DNA of 64,000 bases from Octopus sinensis (lineage: Eukaryota). Location: contig NC_043000.1 in assembly GCF_006345805.1 (NCBI RefSeq), forward strand, positions 59,830,001-59,894,000, read 5' to 3'. Positions 13,205 through 26,598 of the stretch are shown in pieces; the first letter of the stretch is position 1; every line of letters starts with the position of its first letter. The position numbers were made by a program, and so were the translations under genes. The notes below the pieces were generated by a model. It searched no databases and had not been told where the DNA came from. It saw nothing but the letters and a program-made list of their open reading frames with translations.

Positions 13205-13320
13205 ACACACACACACACACATACACACAAACAGACGCACTAATATATATATATATCAGTCTAGAAAACAATTTTTCATACATATATACATACAATCAAA
13301 ATATGTATGCATGTGTGTAT

Positions 13321-13365
<45 letters not shown>

Positions 13366-15289
13366 GATATATATATATGCAGCTGCTATGTGCCACATCA
13401 AAACTAACTTCAGTCTATCTCTTCTATTCTCTGTCTTCTATACCTTCCACCTCTCTTCCTTGTTCTTTACTCCCCACTACCCACCATCGAATCTGCTGCC
13501 ATACCCATATTATTATCATCAGTATTCATAACTTGTGATACACACACACACACACACACACAAACATTCCACTGGGAGATAGGCTGTAAAGTTACACTAA
13601 TAGTTTGTTCCATGCCAAGGACCCACAGGCTAAGGAAGCAGAAAAGGATAATAGAAAAGACACACACACACACATATATACAGACAAAAAAAAATTACTT
13701 ATTCCTCAAAGGTATATTTTTATCTACAATGAAAATATATGAGGAAAATAGCTCACTTGATTACACCTTACTGCTATTAACTAAAAGAAGCTGTTAAAAA
13801 AAGTCACTTAAAGCCATATATAGCTACATATACACAGACATACATATATTAAATGCATATATACATTTTCTTTTTCTCCACTACAAAAGTAACAGTAAAG
13901 GAAAAAGAGGTACATGTGTGACAGCTATTCTCCCTTCCAGTTCCTGATTCCCCAGCACAAGAGATTATTAACTGAAATAAGAGCCCAAGGAAAATACTGA
14001 GTAGCAGCACACTTAGTCTTTCCTAGACAAAACTGCCACAAGGCGACCCTATTGATCTTCTTTCTAGCAGGCCAATCCCCATATAGTTGCCTACACACAT
14101 ACACATGAATATGCTTATATACCCACACATACATGATGTGTATAAATTACTATATATACAAACACAGATGTATGTACTTAAATGTATAGAATAATACATA
14201 ACTTTAAGTATAAAATGAATTCCCTAAAAGCTCTCTCTTTAAAGGATGTAACTTTCTCTTTCTGTTTTTTCCCCCCTACTCTAGTTCTGAGTTAATGTCA
14301 TTCTCTCTCTCTCTCTCTCATACACACACACTCCCACTCATTCACTCTATATGCCAAAACAAGGACTTCCCTCTATTACTCCAGAATAAACATACATGAA
14401 ATACATTTCAGCTAAACTTCAGTATAGGAATGACATATTTTTACTATGCTGTCTCCATTGTCAGAAAATTTATAAATAAAGCAGTAATAATGTTATTTTG
14501 GGATTAAATATATTGTTGTAACAATTATTTTTCCATTTTTAGCTCCAGGCCAATCCTGATTGAGTAGACCTATAATCAAAGATATTCCAGCTGTGACCAT
14601 CCCATGACTTCCCAGTGTTCTGAAATCCAGGACCAGATTATCCAAGGTGTTCTTTTTAAAATGGGGAGAGATTTTAAAGATTTTTTTCTTTTATTTCTAG
14701 CAGGTTGAATGGCCACATAAAGTCTCACATGTTAGTAGTAACAATAACATTTCTTTTATCTTCTTCAGTGGAATCCCTCCTGAGAGATGAACCAGCTGTC
14801 TTCTTTCAGGAAGAAAGGACAGGACAGTTTTCCCCTGTCTGTTGGTTAGGGCAGAAAGGATAAATGTAACTGAAAGGACTGAGAATAGACACATTTTAAA
14901 ATTCTTCAAGTACTTTTTAAATTTCTACTTGTAGAGGAAAGGGAAGATGGAAAAGAAGGTGCTGCTTTCCAATAAATTTATTGTAAAGTGACAAGCATAG
15001 CCTGGCAATCCACAGCAGATAAAATATGTTTTAGGTTGGGATTTGGATAAATTAAATCAACAGTACTCCTCCCATTAACCAAATTATAGGCTTGAACTGA
15101 AGTTAGAAATAACTATCAATAATATTACTAAGTTTGTTCCTACCTAACTTTATATGTGTATTTGAGTATTAGGCAATAAACAACCTTAACTATGGAACAA
15201 AATTGAAAATATGAAATCTTTAATATAACGAAACAAAGCTGTAAACATCTACAAATTGAAGCATCAAAATAGAAATAAAACAGACACAT

Positions 15290-15782
15290 TATGTTCTGAG
15301 TTCAAATTCCACCAAGATTGACTTTGCCCTTCCTCTTTTCAGATCAATAAAATAAATAACTGTTGAACCTTCACTCAATGTAACCAATTAACCTCTTCCT
15401 GCCTGGAATTACAGTAGGAGAAAGAATTATTATTACATTAGGGAACCGGCAGAATCATTACTGTGTCTGACAAAATGCTTATCAGCACTTCTTCTGACTC
15501 ATTACGCTCTAAGTTCAAATTCCACTGAGCTCAACTTTATCTTTTATCCTTTCAAAGTCGATAAAATAAGTACTAGAGTTGATGTAAATGACCAGACTCC
15601 TGCCCACCAAAATTTCTGGCCTTGTTCCTATAACAGAAAGGATCATCATCATCATCATTATTATGATCATTTGAGGTCAAATTTGTCTTTCATCCTTTTG
15701 AGGTCGATAAATTAAGTACCAGTGGAGTAATGGGGGGGGGGGGCAATGTGATTGACTAGCCCTTCCCACGAAATTTCAGGGC

Positions 15783-15819
<37 letters not shown>

Positions 15820-17450
15820 ATGGTGAACTGGTAGAATCATTACAATGCTGGGCAAAATGCTTGGAGATATTTCCTCCATCTAAGAGTTCAAACTTTCATT
15901 CTTTTGGAGCTGATAAAATAAGTACAAGTTGAGCACTGGGGTCGATGTAATCGATTTACCCTTCCCCAAATCTGTTGGCCTTGTACCAAAATTTGAAACC
16001 ATTATTATTATTATTATTATTATTATCATTATTATTATTATTATCATTATTAGTAGTAGTATTATCATTATTATTATTAGTAGCAGTATCATCATCATTA
16101 TCATCATTGTTGTTGTTGTTGTTGTTGTATTCCTTTACATTCTGATTTCAAATTCCACCCAGGTCAACTATGCAGTTTTTCTTACAGGGTGAGTAAAATA
16201 AGTATCAGTAAAGTACTGGGGCTGATATGATATACTTTACTCCCCAGCTAAATTTGAGGCTTTGTGCTTGCCTATGTTAGAAATGATTATCATTATTATT
16301 ATTATTATTCGAAGTAGTAGAGTGAACAGCTGGAGATAATTTGCTCTTTCTCTAGTGACATCTTTAAACCACAACTCACATATAAGTATAAATTCACATA
16401 GATGAAGTAAAACAAAAAAAAAAGAAAGAAAATTGAAACAACCTATAATAAACAAAACAATTATACATGAAAAAGAGAGTGGGGTGTCACAGAGGTGGAA
16501 ATGGGGAGAGGGATAATGAACATTTCAAAAGAAACTAAAATGAAATATATCATTTAAAAAAAAAGAAACTTTAAGATAGAATGTAGTAACAAAAAGTCTA
16601 AATGAAAGCTAAAGAAAACATGGCCAAATAGAAATACAAAATTAAAGTATGATAAAAGGATAAATAAGACAATGGTACTGACGAACACACTTCCCTTAAA
16701 ACTGTTGCCCATGTGCCTAAGTCAGAATATTATAATCATCATCATCATCATTATTATTATGAAGGCGGCAGTCTGGTAGTATTGTTAGCACACTGGGTGA
16801 AATGCTTAGTGACATTTCGTCTGCCATTTCATCCTGGGTTCAAATTCTGCCAAGGTTGACTTTGCCTTTCATCCTTTCAGAGTCGATAAATGAAATACCA
16901 GCCAAGTACTGGAGTTGATGTAATCGACTAGTCCCCTCCCCACAAAAATTTCAGGCCTTGTGCCTTGAGTAGGAAGGATTATTATTATTATTATTAAGGC
17001 ATCAAACTGGCAGAATCATTAGCATGCTGGGTGAAACACTTAATGGTATTTTGTCTGTCTTTACTGTCTGTGTTCAAATACCACTAGGGTCAACTTTGCC
17101 TTTTGTCCTTTCAGAGTTGATAAAATAAGTACCAGTTGAACCCTGGTGTTGATGTAACCAACTTACTCCCTGCCCTGAAACTGCTGGCCTTATGCCAAAA
17201 TTTGAAACCATTACTATTATTGTTATTACTATTATTAAGGCAGTGAGCTGGCAGAATTGTTAGCATGCCGGGTAAAATGTTTAGCAGCATTTCATCCGTC
17301 TCTGCATTCAGAGTTAAAATTACTCCAAGGTTCATTTTGCTTTTCATCCTTTCGGGGTTGATAAAATAAGTACCAGTTGAACACTGGGGTCAATTTAATC
17401 AACTTAATCCTGCCCTGAAATTGTTGCCCTTGTGCCAAAATTTGAAATCA
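15290..17450 (+). mobile_element. Train of about eight same-orientation SINE family A copies
   Basis: Repeated family A cores at about 15290, 15445, 15670, 15820, 16135, 16762, 16998 and 17237, mostly followed by (ATT)n/(ATC)n tails. Confidence 0.85.
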
Positions 17451-17479
17451 TTGTTATCATCATGGTCATTACTATTTGG

Positions 17480-17850
17480 CATTAGGAAAGGTATACGTTC
17501 AATGAAACCATGCCAAAGCAGACATTGGAGCTTGGCACAGTCCTCTAACTCATCAGCTCCTATCAGACTGTCCTACCAATGCCAGCATGGAAAATGCATG
17601 TTAACCCTTTCGTTACCAACCCAGCTGAAACCGGCTCTGGCTCTGAGTACAGATGTCTTGTTTTTATAAGTTTTGAATTAAAATCTTCCACCATTCCTTA
17701 GACGCAGTTTATGTTCCTAACACTAGCTGAATGATAACTAAGTTGTTTTACTAAATTCTTTGGTATATTTAAAGTAATTGAAAGAAACACAGAGCACCTC
17801 AACAGAAATACGGTAACAAAAGGGTTAAACAATGATGATGATGAAAAAGG
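17480..17850 (+). mobile_element. RTE-type 3' tail fragment interrupted by a piggyBac MITE
   Basis: ggcattaggaaagg...ccaatgccagcatggaaaatgcatg TTAA [MITE] TTAA acaatgatgatgat; the intact tail at 32300-32358 has the corresponding sequence uninterrupted. Confidence 0.6.
17601..17828. mobile_element. piggyBac-type MITE with TTAA target duplication
   Basis: TTAA-CCCTTTCGTTACC ... GGTAACAAAAGGG-TTAA terminal inverted repeats; non-coding interior. Confidence 0.85.
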
Positions 17851-20800
17851 TGATGATGATTAAATACTGAATAACAAAATGTTTTGTGAAAGTTTAAATT
17901 TTTTATGCCTTCACAGTTTTGCACTTACCACAAACTCTAACAACTGTAGCAAATTTTACTTGAAGCTGAACCAAAACTGAATCAGCATCAACTTGCATCA
18001 ACTTTAACTAAAGTAAAACTGACTTTCTTTTTCATTAAAAGAAGAAAAAAAAACTTTAATGATCACTTGATATACTAAATTTGTTATCTGTTGAGCAACT
18101 TCAAAGTTGCTGTTATTGCTCAGTTCCAAAGGGGTCTGAATGACCTTTGATCAAAAATATTTAAACCATGACCATTCTATCTTGTCAGACATTGTCCTTA
18201 CAATTAACCGATTTGTTTTCATAGTTTTCAGACTGGTAATTTACGCTTTAAGGGATATACGACTGCTGTTTGTTGAAAGTTGGATGATCATGTAGAATAG
18301 TGTTTCTCATAGAAGTGAGAGTCAAGAATCACAGAAAAAAATTAGGCAAATAAAATGTAGGTAGTTTTAAACTTTTTTGAATTGCTAAAACCATGACAGA
18401 GAAAGCAGTATGTGAATGCAAACTATTTTGTCTTTAGGTTAATGTTGGGAAGGATAAAAATTCAGTAATATTTGGCAAGAGAAGAATGTTATTTTTCAGT
18501 CCAAGGACCAATGAAGGAGAGGATTCCTCTGTTGATGCATGGAATTTACTATTAGAAATGTGTTCAGACATTCATCTTTTACTGATTTTTCTAAATTATG
18601 TTCCAGCTTTCACTAGTATTTCTATACTATGCTCCAAACTGTAGATAAATAGTACCTGAGCAGAAACAGAACACAAATATTTAGCTAAATCTTTATTCTT
18701 TCAGTGGATTATTCATGGAAATCTTTGTCTATTCATGGAAACTATATCTTGTGTTTTTTGCACAAGTGTATCCCATTAATTCTAAGTTATATCACAGAGA
18801 GATTCATGAGAAAGGAAAAGAAAGTTATATTATCAGTTTGGAGAAAGAAACATTAACAAAAATAAATATAATGGTTCTACTTGACATTCCATAAATATTA
18901 GAAAACTTGAGAATATTTATTTAAAATTTCTCGTTCCCTATTATGTTTGCCAAAGTAGTTATCTTTTCTAGAACATTTTATAGCTATGTAAATGTGTGTG
19001 TGCATGCATGCACATGCCTATCTGTACATCTCCAAAAAGTCAGTGTCTCATATGAGTTAGTACTTAGCTCCTGTTTCTTGGTGTGAAAGAGATGGGGGAA
19101 TAAATCTCTTCCCTGAATAGTTACCCAGTCTATCACAGGTAACATAGTCAGATTATATGGTACCTACTTCTCAACAGTTAATCTGACTGAGACAAAGCAT
19201 TCTGCCAGAAATAAGATGGAATGCTAGCAGTAGATAGCTTGATACCTTAATTCGTTTGAACATTTTGTGTATGTTTAAACACAGACAATCAGTGCTGAAC
19301 ATTAGCATTATACACAAAACTATATATTGAAAGTAACTTTATGGAAACACCATATATATATATATATATACAGAGTCAATAAGGAAGCCTTCATATGCTC
19401 AAATAGGAGCCAAATCTCTCTTAAATCATTCCCCATCTGTCTTAAAAACAGAAAAACAATAAACAAACAAAAAGACAAGATGGTTATAGGTAGAAAACTT
19501 TTGATCATAGGTCAGCTGGATTGAAGCTGACCAGGAAATAAACAATAAAAACAACAGGAGATTCAATAAAATGAGAATATGACATTTTTTGTTTTTGCTT
19601 TTGTTTAGCTCTTTTAATATGCATTTATGTATTTGTTTTACAAGATCCTTGATACGAAAGCATGTGTTGAAACATATTGTTATATTTGGGGATGGTCATA
19701 TTTTGTTGATTAAATATATGCACAATATGTTTGGTCTTTCCTTCAGCTTTATTTTTGTTTCTTTGCCAAAGAATTTTTGTCACACATCCTGAGATCTCTT
19801 AAACACTCTTTATATCACGTGTCTCCTTTTATTTTGCTTAGTCCACTTCAAAGAAATAAAAATAATAATAATAAAGCTAAGATAAAGAGCAAACATATAG
19901 TGTATATGTTTAATTGGCAAAATATGAGACCATCCCCAAGTATAACAATATCTTTTAATATATATCTGAAAAATGTTGTTTGACTAGCTCTCCAAGTCTT
20001 CTAGATAAAGCTTATACATAAACATATAATATGAGCTAGATACAGTGTAGCACTCATCCACAATGAATTCTACCCACAGTGTAGAAGTCATTCACATCTT
20101 AAGCAAAGTTTAGAAGCTGTCGTCTATATCTGAATATCTTATACTACCTTAAATTAAATATTTCTGCCAATTCAAATACCTGGATTGTTGGAACAAATGA
20201 TTTCCTAAATGGAATCAATTTTTCACCCTCAGAGCATAAGTAAAGAGACTAATAATAGTCTACAGTCAGTTCATTAAAAAAAAAAAAAAGATAGGGATAT
20301 TTGGTATACCATTTTAAGGAAAATTTTGTAATGGCTTATTCAGAAAAGTAAGGACTTTTGAGATTGCTGGCAAGCATGCCACCAGGAAAAAATTGTATCA
20401 TTTTAAATCCTGTTTGCCATCTGAAATGTTAAATTTCCCTCCTCATAATACACCATTTAGTTAAGCATAAATAGTAATGTTTTTATCTCATCAAACAACA
20501 AACTCTATAAACAATGTGTCATTATCAAATAAAAGACTTTAGTCATATTCAGCACACTTGTGATGTTTCAATTAACTTTGAAATTATTCAGGAATTTGGG
20601 AGATTTAGTAAAATAAACTTGCTGTTATTAAGCAGGTACTTAGAACATAACTTCGTGAAACATTCTGACATGAAATTATGGTGGAAGGTTTTAATTTAAA
20701 TATGAACACTTTTAAACAGGAGATTTTGTATCAAAGAACTTGAGGTGGTTTGAAACAAGGTAGTATCAAAAAGTATTTGATTATGTGCAGTTAACTCTGT

Positions 20801-20895
20801 ATGAAAGTACCACCTTTGCTAATTATATAGCTATAATCTCATATGATAGCAATACTAAAGCTCATTCAACAAACATCTGTGACTGTCTGCTTCTG

Positions 20896-20932
<37 letters not shown>

Positions 20933-21263
20933 TTGCATGCACATGCACACGTGCATACATGTACATGCCCACATTCATGCATGCACACACACACACACAA
21001 ACATTATTACCAAACCTAATACTTTCAACTATAGAATGGGTCTATTTTATTACATAATAATGCTGAATGGTAGAAGTTACTAGTCTCTTTACTGACCTCC
21101 CCTCATAAAGCAATAACTAATCAAAATATTAGCGCTTTATAGAACTCAGCATCCAAATATAAACACAATCTACAAAAGGAATTTCCTCATTTTGGAATTC
21201 CACTCATATCAGACACCTTTTATTCCAGCAGGACCATCAAACCTTACTTTTTTTCCCCTATCC

Positions 21264-21468
21264 TTAACCCTTTCGTTACTGTATTTATTTTAAGATGCTC
21301 TATGTTCCTTTCAATTACTTTAAATATAACAAAGAATTTAGTAAAATAACTTAGTCATCATTCAGTTAATGTTAGGAACATAAATTATGACTTAAGTTCA
21401 GTGGAAAATTTTAATTCAAAACTTATGTAAACAAGACATTTGTACTCGGAGCCAGAGCCAGTTTCAGT
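21264..21468. mobile_element. Second, one-ended copy of the piggyBac MITE, inverted relative to 17601-17828
   Basis: TTAACCCTTTCGTTAC then the reverse complement of the first copy's interior (aacaagacatttgtactcggagccagagccagtttcag); the far TIR is missing. Confidence 0.75.
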
Positions 21469-22865
21469 CAGATTGGTAAGGAAAGGGTCAATAATAAAAC
21501 TGAGATTTGTGGTTATCTGCCAAGACAAGCAAATATCATCGTTTCCTTGCCTTATAATATACCCAGCCAACCATAAAAGAATTGACTGTTCTCACTCTTC
21601 CATATTGTATTCAATAGGGAATCATATCAGGCAGTCAAAAATATTAACTGCTAAATGCTAGAGGTGACTTTCATTAATAACTCTTATTAATTGGTTTCAT
21701 ATGGATAAATAATCTTTCCATTTATATAATAATAATAATAATCATCTTGGAAACTATAATGACTGGTTTAACATCAAACCTCCATTTAAATTTAGAAAAC
21801 TCACTTTTCAAAAGCAACATAATAACACATTAACCTATTTCCAGTTAGGCATAACAAATAAAAATGGAAGCTTTCATGTAGTATAAACTGATATGAACAA
21901 TGGAACGGTTAGCATGACTTTAATTAAGCCAGACAAGACCAGTTGTAGTAAATCTTCAGAAATGACTTATTTTGAATAATTTGCACGTTTTGTAAACAGC
22001 ACAAAAAAAAAATCACTGCGATTATGAACAGCTACATATTACACGTGAAAACTTTTTTCTTAAAAATAGATTTTAAATTATTAAATAACCTCAGAACAAT
22101 ATGCCAGCATGGAAAGTGGATGATGGTGATGATGATGGTGAATAAAAATTATTCCAACCAAAAGAAACTTAGAAAGGTAATCTGATATTTAAACCATGTA
22201 TAACAGGGAAACAAACATAAAAATTATAAAACACTAGATAAGATTAGATATTAAGATTATAATTTCTAGACCTATTAACTTTATCTTTAATCTATTTATT
22301 TACATTTCAATCAGTTTGATATCCGAAGCCAATAAATATGGGGCTTGATGGCTAAGAAAGAAGATTAATTCTCTTCTTTTAGAAATAAAGGTTTGTAATT
22401 TTAATCCAGTCTGATACAATGTATGTATCCAAAACTAAAATGCCCTCAGTCAAACTGTCCAACCCATGCCACCATGGAAAGCAGATGTTAAACAACGACG
22501 ATGATGATGATATATATATATATATTATATAAAAGTTTGGGCTGGCTGGTGCCCATTCTCCTTTGCTATTATGAGGCTTTTTTGGAGCTTGATTTTCTAC
22601 GGGGAGCATTCCCTTGCTCACCCTAAACCTCAGTTTCTAAACATGAGTAGACCCGAGACCAAAGCCTCCACCATGATTTTTAAGAAATGTAGTGGAAAAC
22701 TAGCTCAGGAAGGCAGGGACGCTACTCCCTGAGACCCCTTTTGGAACCCTTCAACTAAATATATAATTATTTATAGTTAAGTATTTAATCCTCCTTACAG
22801 TAAATAACATAAAACTAAATTTTTATTTTATATGTCAATATTGTCTCTAAGTTCTCCATGTGACA

Positions 22866-23680
22866 GAAGAACATCAGAAATGCTATCCATGAAGACATCA
22901 GACACAAGTCTTATATGATGAGAAAAGGTCAATTATGTCAGAAAAAGCCAAAGAAAATCACTACATGAGATCTAAAAGGCTCTTAAACAAACTGAAAAAT
23001 CCAGCAGAAAATTTGATTTGGTTTTTCTCAGATGAGAAAAATTTTGACCAAGATCAAAAAGTTAATGAAAGAAATGACAGACGGTTATGTGCAGTCCCTT
23101 CTGAAGTTCCAAGAGTTGTTAGCAATGAAGGACATATGATGCCTCCTTACTCCTTTCCACAAGGCCTTAGAGTTAACTCTACTGTCTACAGTGAGGTTCT
23201 GGAAACAGTTGTTAAGCTGAGGATAGACAGTGTATGCAATGGAAGGCCATATGTATTTCAGTAAGATTGCACCATCACACATGGCTCTAGTAACAGAGGA
23301 ATGGATGGCTGAAAATTTTCGTGATCACATAACATTTGGGTTCCTCTTTCTCCAGATCTCAATCCATTGGACTATTATGTGTGGAGCGTTGTTGAGAGAG
23401 AGGTCAATGAACATGCCCATAACACCAAAGATTCTTTGAAAGCTGCCATAGTTAGAATAATGGCCAAAATGAACTAAGACCACTTGATTTGAACATGTAG
23501 ACGATTTAGATTTTGTATAGAAGCAGTTATTGAAGCTGAAGGTGGCTTTATTGAATAACATTATAGAAAAGAAGGTTTATCTTCATCCTTATAGCATTTT
23601 CTGATTAATAAAATTATTTGTTATTATATATATATATTTTTATAAACATAAATCTGTCCTCAAATATCTTATGCACTCTT
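22866..23680 (+). mobile_element. Decayed IS630-Tc1-mariner transposon, maT/DD37D-like
   Basis: HEDIRHKSYMMRKGQ, WFFSDEKNFDQDQKVN, VVSNEGHMMPP, RPYVFQ*D, PDLNPLDYYVWSVVERE, EAVIEAEGGFIE across frameshifts; a TIR-like end ctgtcctcaaatatcttatgcac abuts (TA)n. Confidence 0.85.
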
Positions 23681-23683
<3 letters not shown>

Positions 23684-23743
<60 letters not shown>

Positions 23744-23759
23744 GTATATATATGTATAT

Positions 23760-23811
<52 letters not shown>
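23684..23811. repeat. Long (TA)n microsatellite
   Basis: About 125 bp of TA with a few TG/AA interruptions. Confidence 0.95.
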
Positions 23812-23813
<2 letters not shown>

Positions 23814-25019
23814 GAGGTAAGGGGTATGAAAAACAGTGGATGAGTCAGTTATACTTAAGTTTGAACTTTGCTTCAACTTCTGCTCCCTTTACTTTTGTGT
23901 GTAAAGACATCTTTAATAAGATGGCAATCTAATAACAATCCCAAATCAGACAGATATTTACTCCCTAAAGAAATCTCTCATTATCTGTCTGATTGAAGAT
24001 AACTGATTAGATAGATACAAGAATATATCTCAAATATTTCCTGTTAAAGTACTGAACTGAGAGAAGAAGTAAAGTGAGGGAGTCAGACTAAAGGAAATGT
24101 CAAAGTATTTCACACTGCTAGCATGAACAGACAATTTACTGAAAATTCACTAGTCTTGTCAATTAGTTCCTCTTTGAACTGGTCTCTTGCCTGTGTGTTA
24201 CCACTGAACAGAAGTCACATGTGACTATTAAATATATGGACATGATGAAAATAAGTAAAAGAACATCAAATAAACACATTAGAAGAGTCTCTACATGGCT
24301 GCTTAGTCTGAGAAATATCAGCCAAATCTCTTTGAATAACTAAAAAGGAAGGACAACTTGGATAGTAAATATATACACTGTTCCAGAAAAGAAAATATGT
24401 TGGTCATTCTTGGAAAGTCTTGAATAATGTCTGCTCATTCAGAGTAGTTTTTAAGCTAAACACCAAAATATTGTAAAAGAATTTCAATTGATCCCCATAC
24501 AACAAACAGTACAGTAAATTATTGGTAATTTGACTAGAATATTTGAATCTTTTACTGATTAGTAACTCTTAGATCAGGTCATATTATATAAAAAGCTAAC
24601 ATGACATCCACTATTAATGTTCACATTTGTGATATAAAAGTGATTCTGAAATTAAAATAACTATGAAAAGAAAAATTTGCTCAGCTTTGTAATAGACATA
24701 TAGAGAATATCATTTCTAAATGTGGATGGATATATTGGGAATGCTATTTCTAAATATAACAATTTATTGGGAAAATATATTATCTAAATTTGGATGACAA
24801 TACCAATAATTACATGACTGGAGCAAAAATACAGTACCCCCCACCTCAAATAGGTGATGAATAAGGTGAGTAGTTTGTTTCAAACGATTGTTGTTGTTTA
24901 GCCCCAGTCAGTCATAATTGAGCAGATCTACCCTATGACCAAATGTATTCCAGTAATGACAATCTGTCTCATTTTCTGCTTTTTAAAATATCATGAATGA
25001 CATCAAAGCAGAGAAGTGT

Positions 25020-25413
25020 GGCATGCTGACCAAAGGAGTCTGCCTCCTCCAAGTCTGCCTCCCCCAGTTCACAATGCACATGTTGCGCAGATGAAAGCAC
25101 ACTCCTGTGGCTATGAAATCCTTCCTCATCCTCCTTACTCTCCCAACCATTCACCATCTGACTTCCACCTTTTTCCAACCATGAAGTCTTTTTTGATGGG
25201 GAAACACTTTTCGGATGATGATGAACTTATTTCTGAGGTAAAGTTTTGGCTCCAGATGCAATCTACCGACTTCTACAGATGAGGTCTTCACATCTGCATA
25301 AAGTGATGGGAGAAGTGTGTCACCATTAGAGGTGGCTATGTAGAGAAGGATTAATAATTATGCCAGTCCTCAGGAAGTGGGTCAGGGGAAATTTTTAATG
25401 AACACCCCTCGTG
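25020..25413 (+). mobile_element. mariner (DD34D-type) transposase 3' remnant with right TIR
   Basis: EILPHPPYSPNHSPSDFHLFPTMK (HPPYSPDLAPSD motif), WEKCVTIRGGYVEK*, ending in ttaatgaacacccctcgt as expected for a TACGAGGG-type TIR. Confidence 0.85.
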
Positions 25414-26598
25414 TATGTACATGTGTGTTAGATAATACATATTTAATATATACAAAAAAAATTTTCATAAAAGAATTTTTTTGTAGAACTGAAATTCATT
25501 TTTGCAGCTGTTTAATGTTGGTTGTGGGATTAGTTACAATATAATAAACATAACTAAAAGTTATAACCTCAATTAGGATGTTTGGACTAGTAGTTTATAT
25601 AATGTAAACTTTTACCAAAATTTATTACTTAAATGTCACTTTAATTACTTTTGTTTCTTTTCCAACAGCTAAAACCCTCTATGTGTCAGCATTGGTGAAC
25701 CACAGGCTAACCCACATTGAGCAGACTTATGATTAAAATATATGATTAAAGATATTCCAACTATGCCCAACTCATTATTTTGTGTATACATTGTCCAGTG
25801 TCTCTAATTTGAGGGAATAGCGATATCAGACCTGGCATAGAATAGTACACAGAAAATTATATGAACTTCTGGTGTTGTTGTTTAGCTTGAGAGTAGACCT
25901 ACTATAGCATTCAAGCAATGATTAAAGGCATTCAAGCAATGACTATCCCAACTAATTTTAGATATCATATTTTTGACTACATTATCCAGAGTCCATCTAG
26001 TTTTGAGTTAATAGAATATGAATTGTGAATGATTTGGATGCTATTTCTAGCAGGTCAACTGATAATGTAGGGATATCATCACAGGCTCATATATCATACA
26101 GTTTAGGAAATGTGTTGAATCAAGGGAGTGATTCAGAAGTTAGAGTGCATATTTCTGATGAAAAGCAAGCTAAATGTCTAAGGGATACCTTTCCACAAAG
26201 ATTAAGTATCAAAATATCATAAAATGGTAAGTGCAACACACACACACACACACACAACTAACTATATGATTTTAAATACAGGAAGCGTTTAGAATATGGA
26301 TACAGCTAGGGATTGGTTATTAAGGGAACCAATAATTTACTCAACTCCCATGACTAACTAGATTTAAGGTTTTTATTATGATCACTGTAATGGAGGAAAT
26401 TACAAACAGAGAAGCAAAATAAATATCAAATCCCAGCTTTCATCAATCCTCTTTTTTCACTTTCATCAGCGATAACTACATTCCACATCACTCTACTAAT
26501 TTCATCTGTCCCTTCCAGGTTATTTATGATAATTATAAAGAAAGTATTTGAAAAAAACAAAAAGAAAGGCAAATTTAGAAGAGAAAATATAGATGTAA

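Noticed and set aside
26025-26226. Plus-strand exon (ORF MNDLDAISS..., donor ATG/GTAAGT)
   Set aside because: The 5' part is a family X fragment, the frame stops before the donor, and no domain is recognisable.
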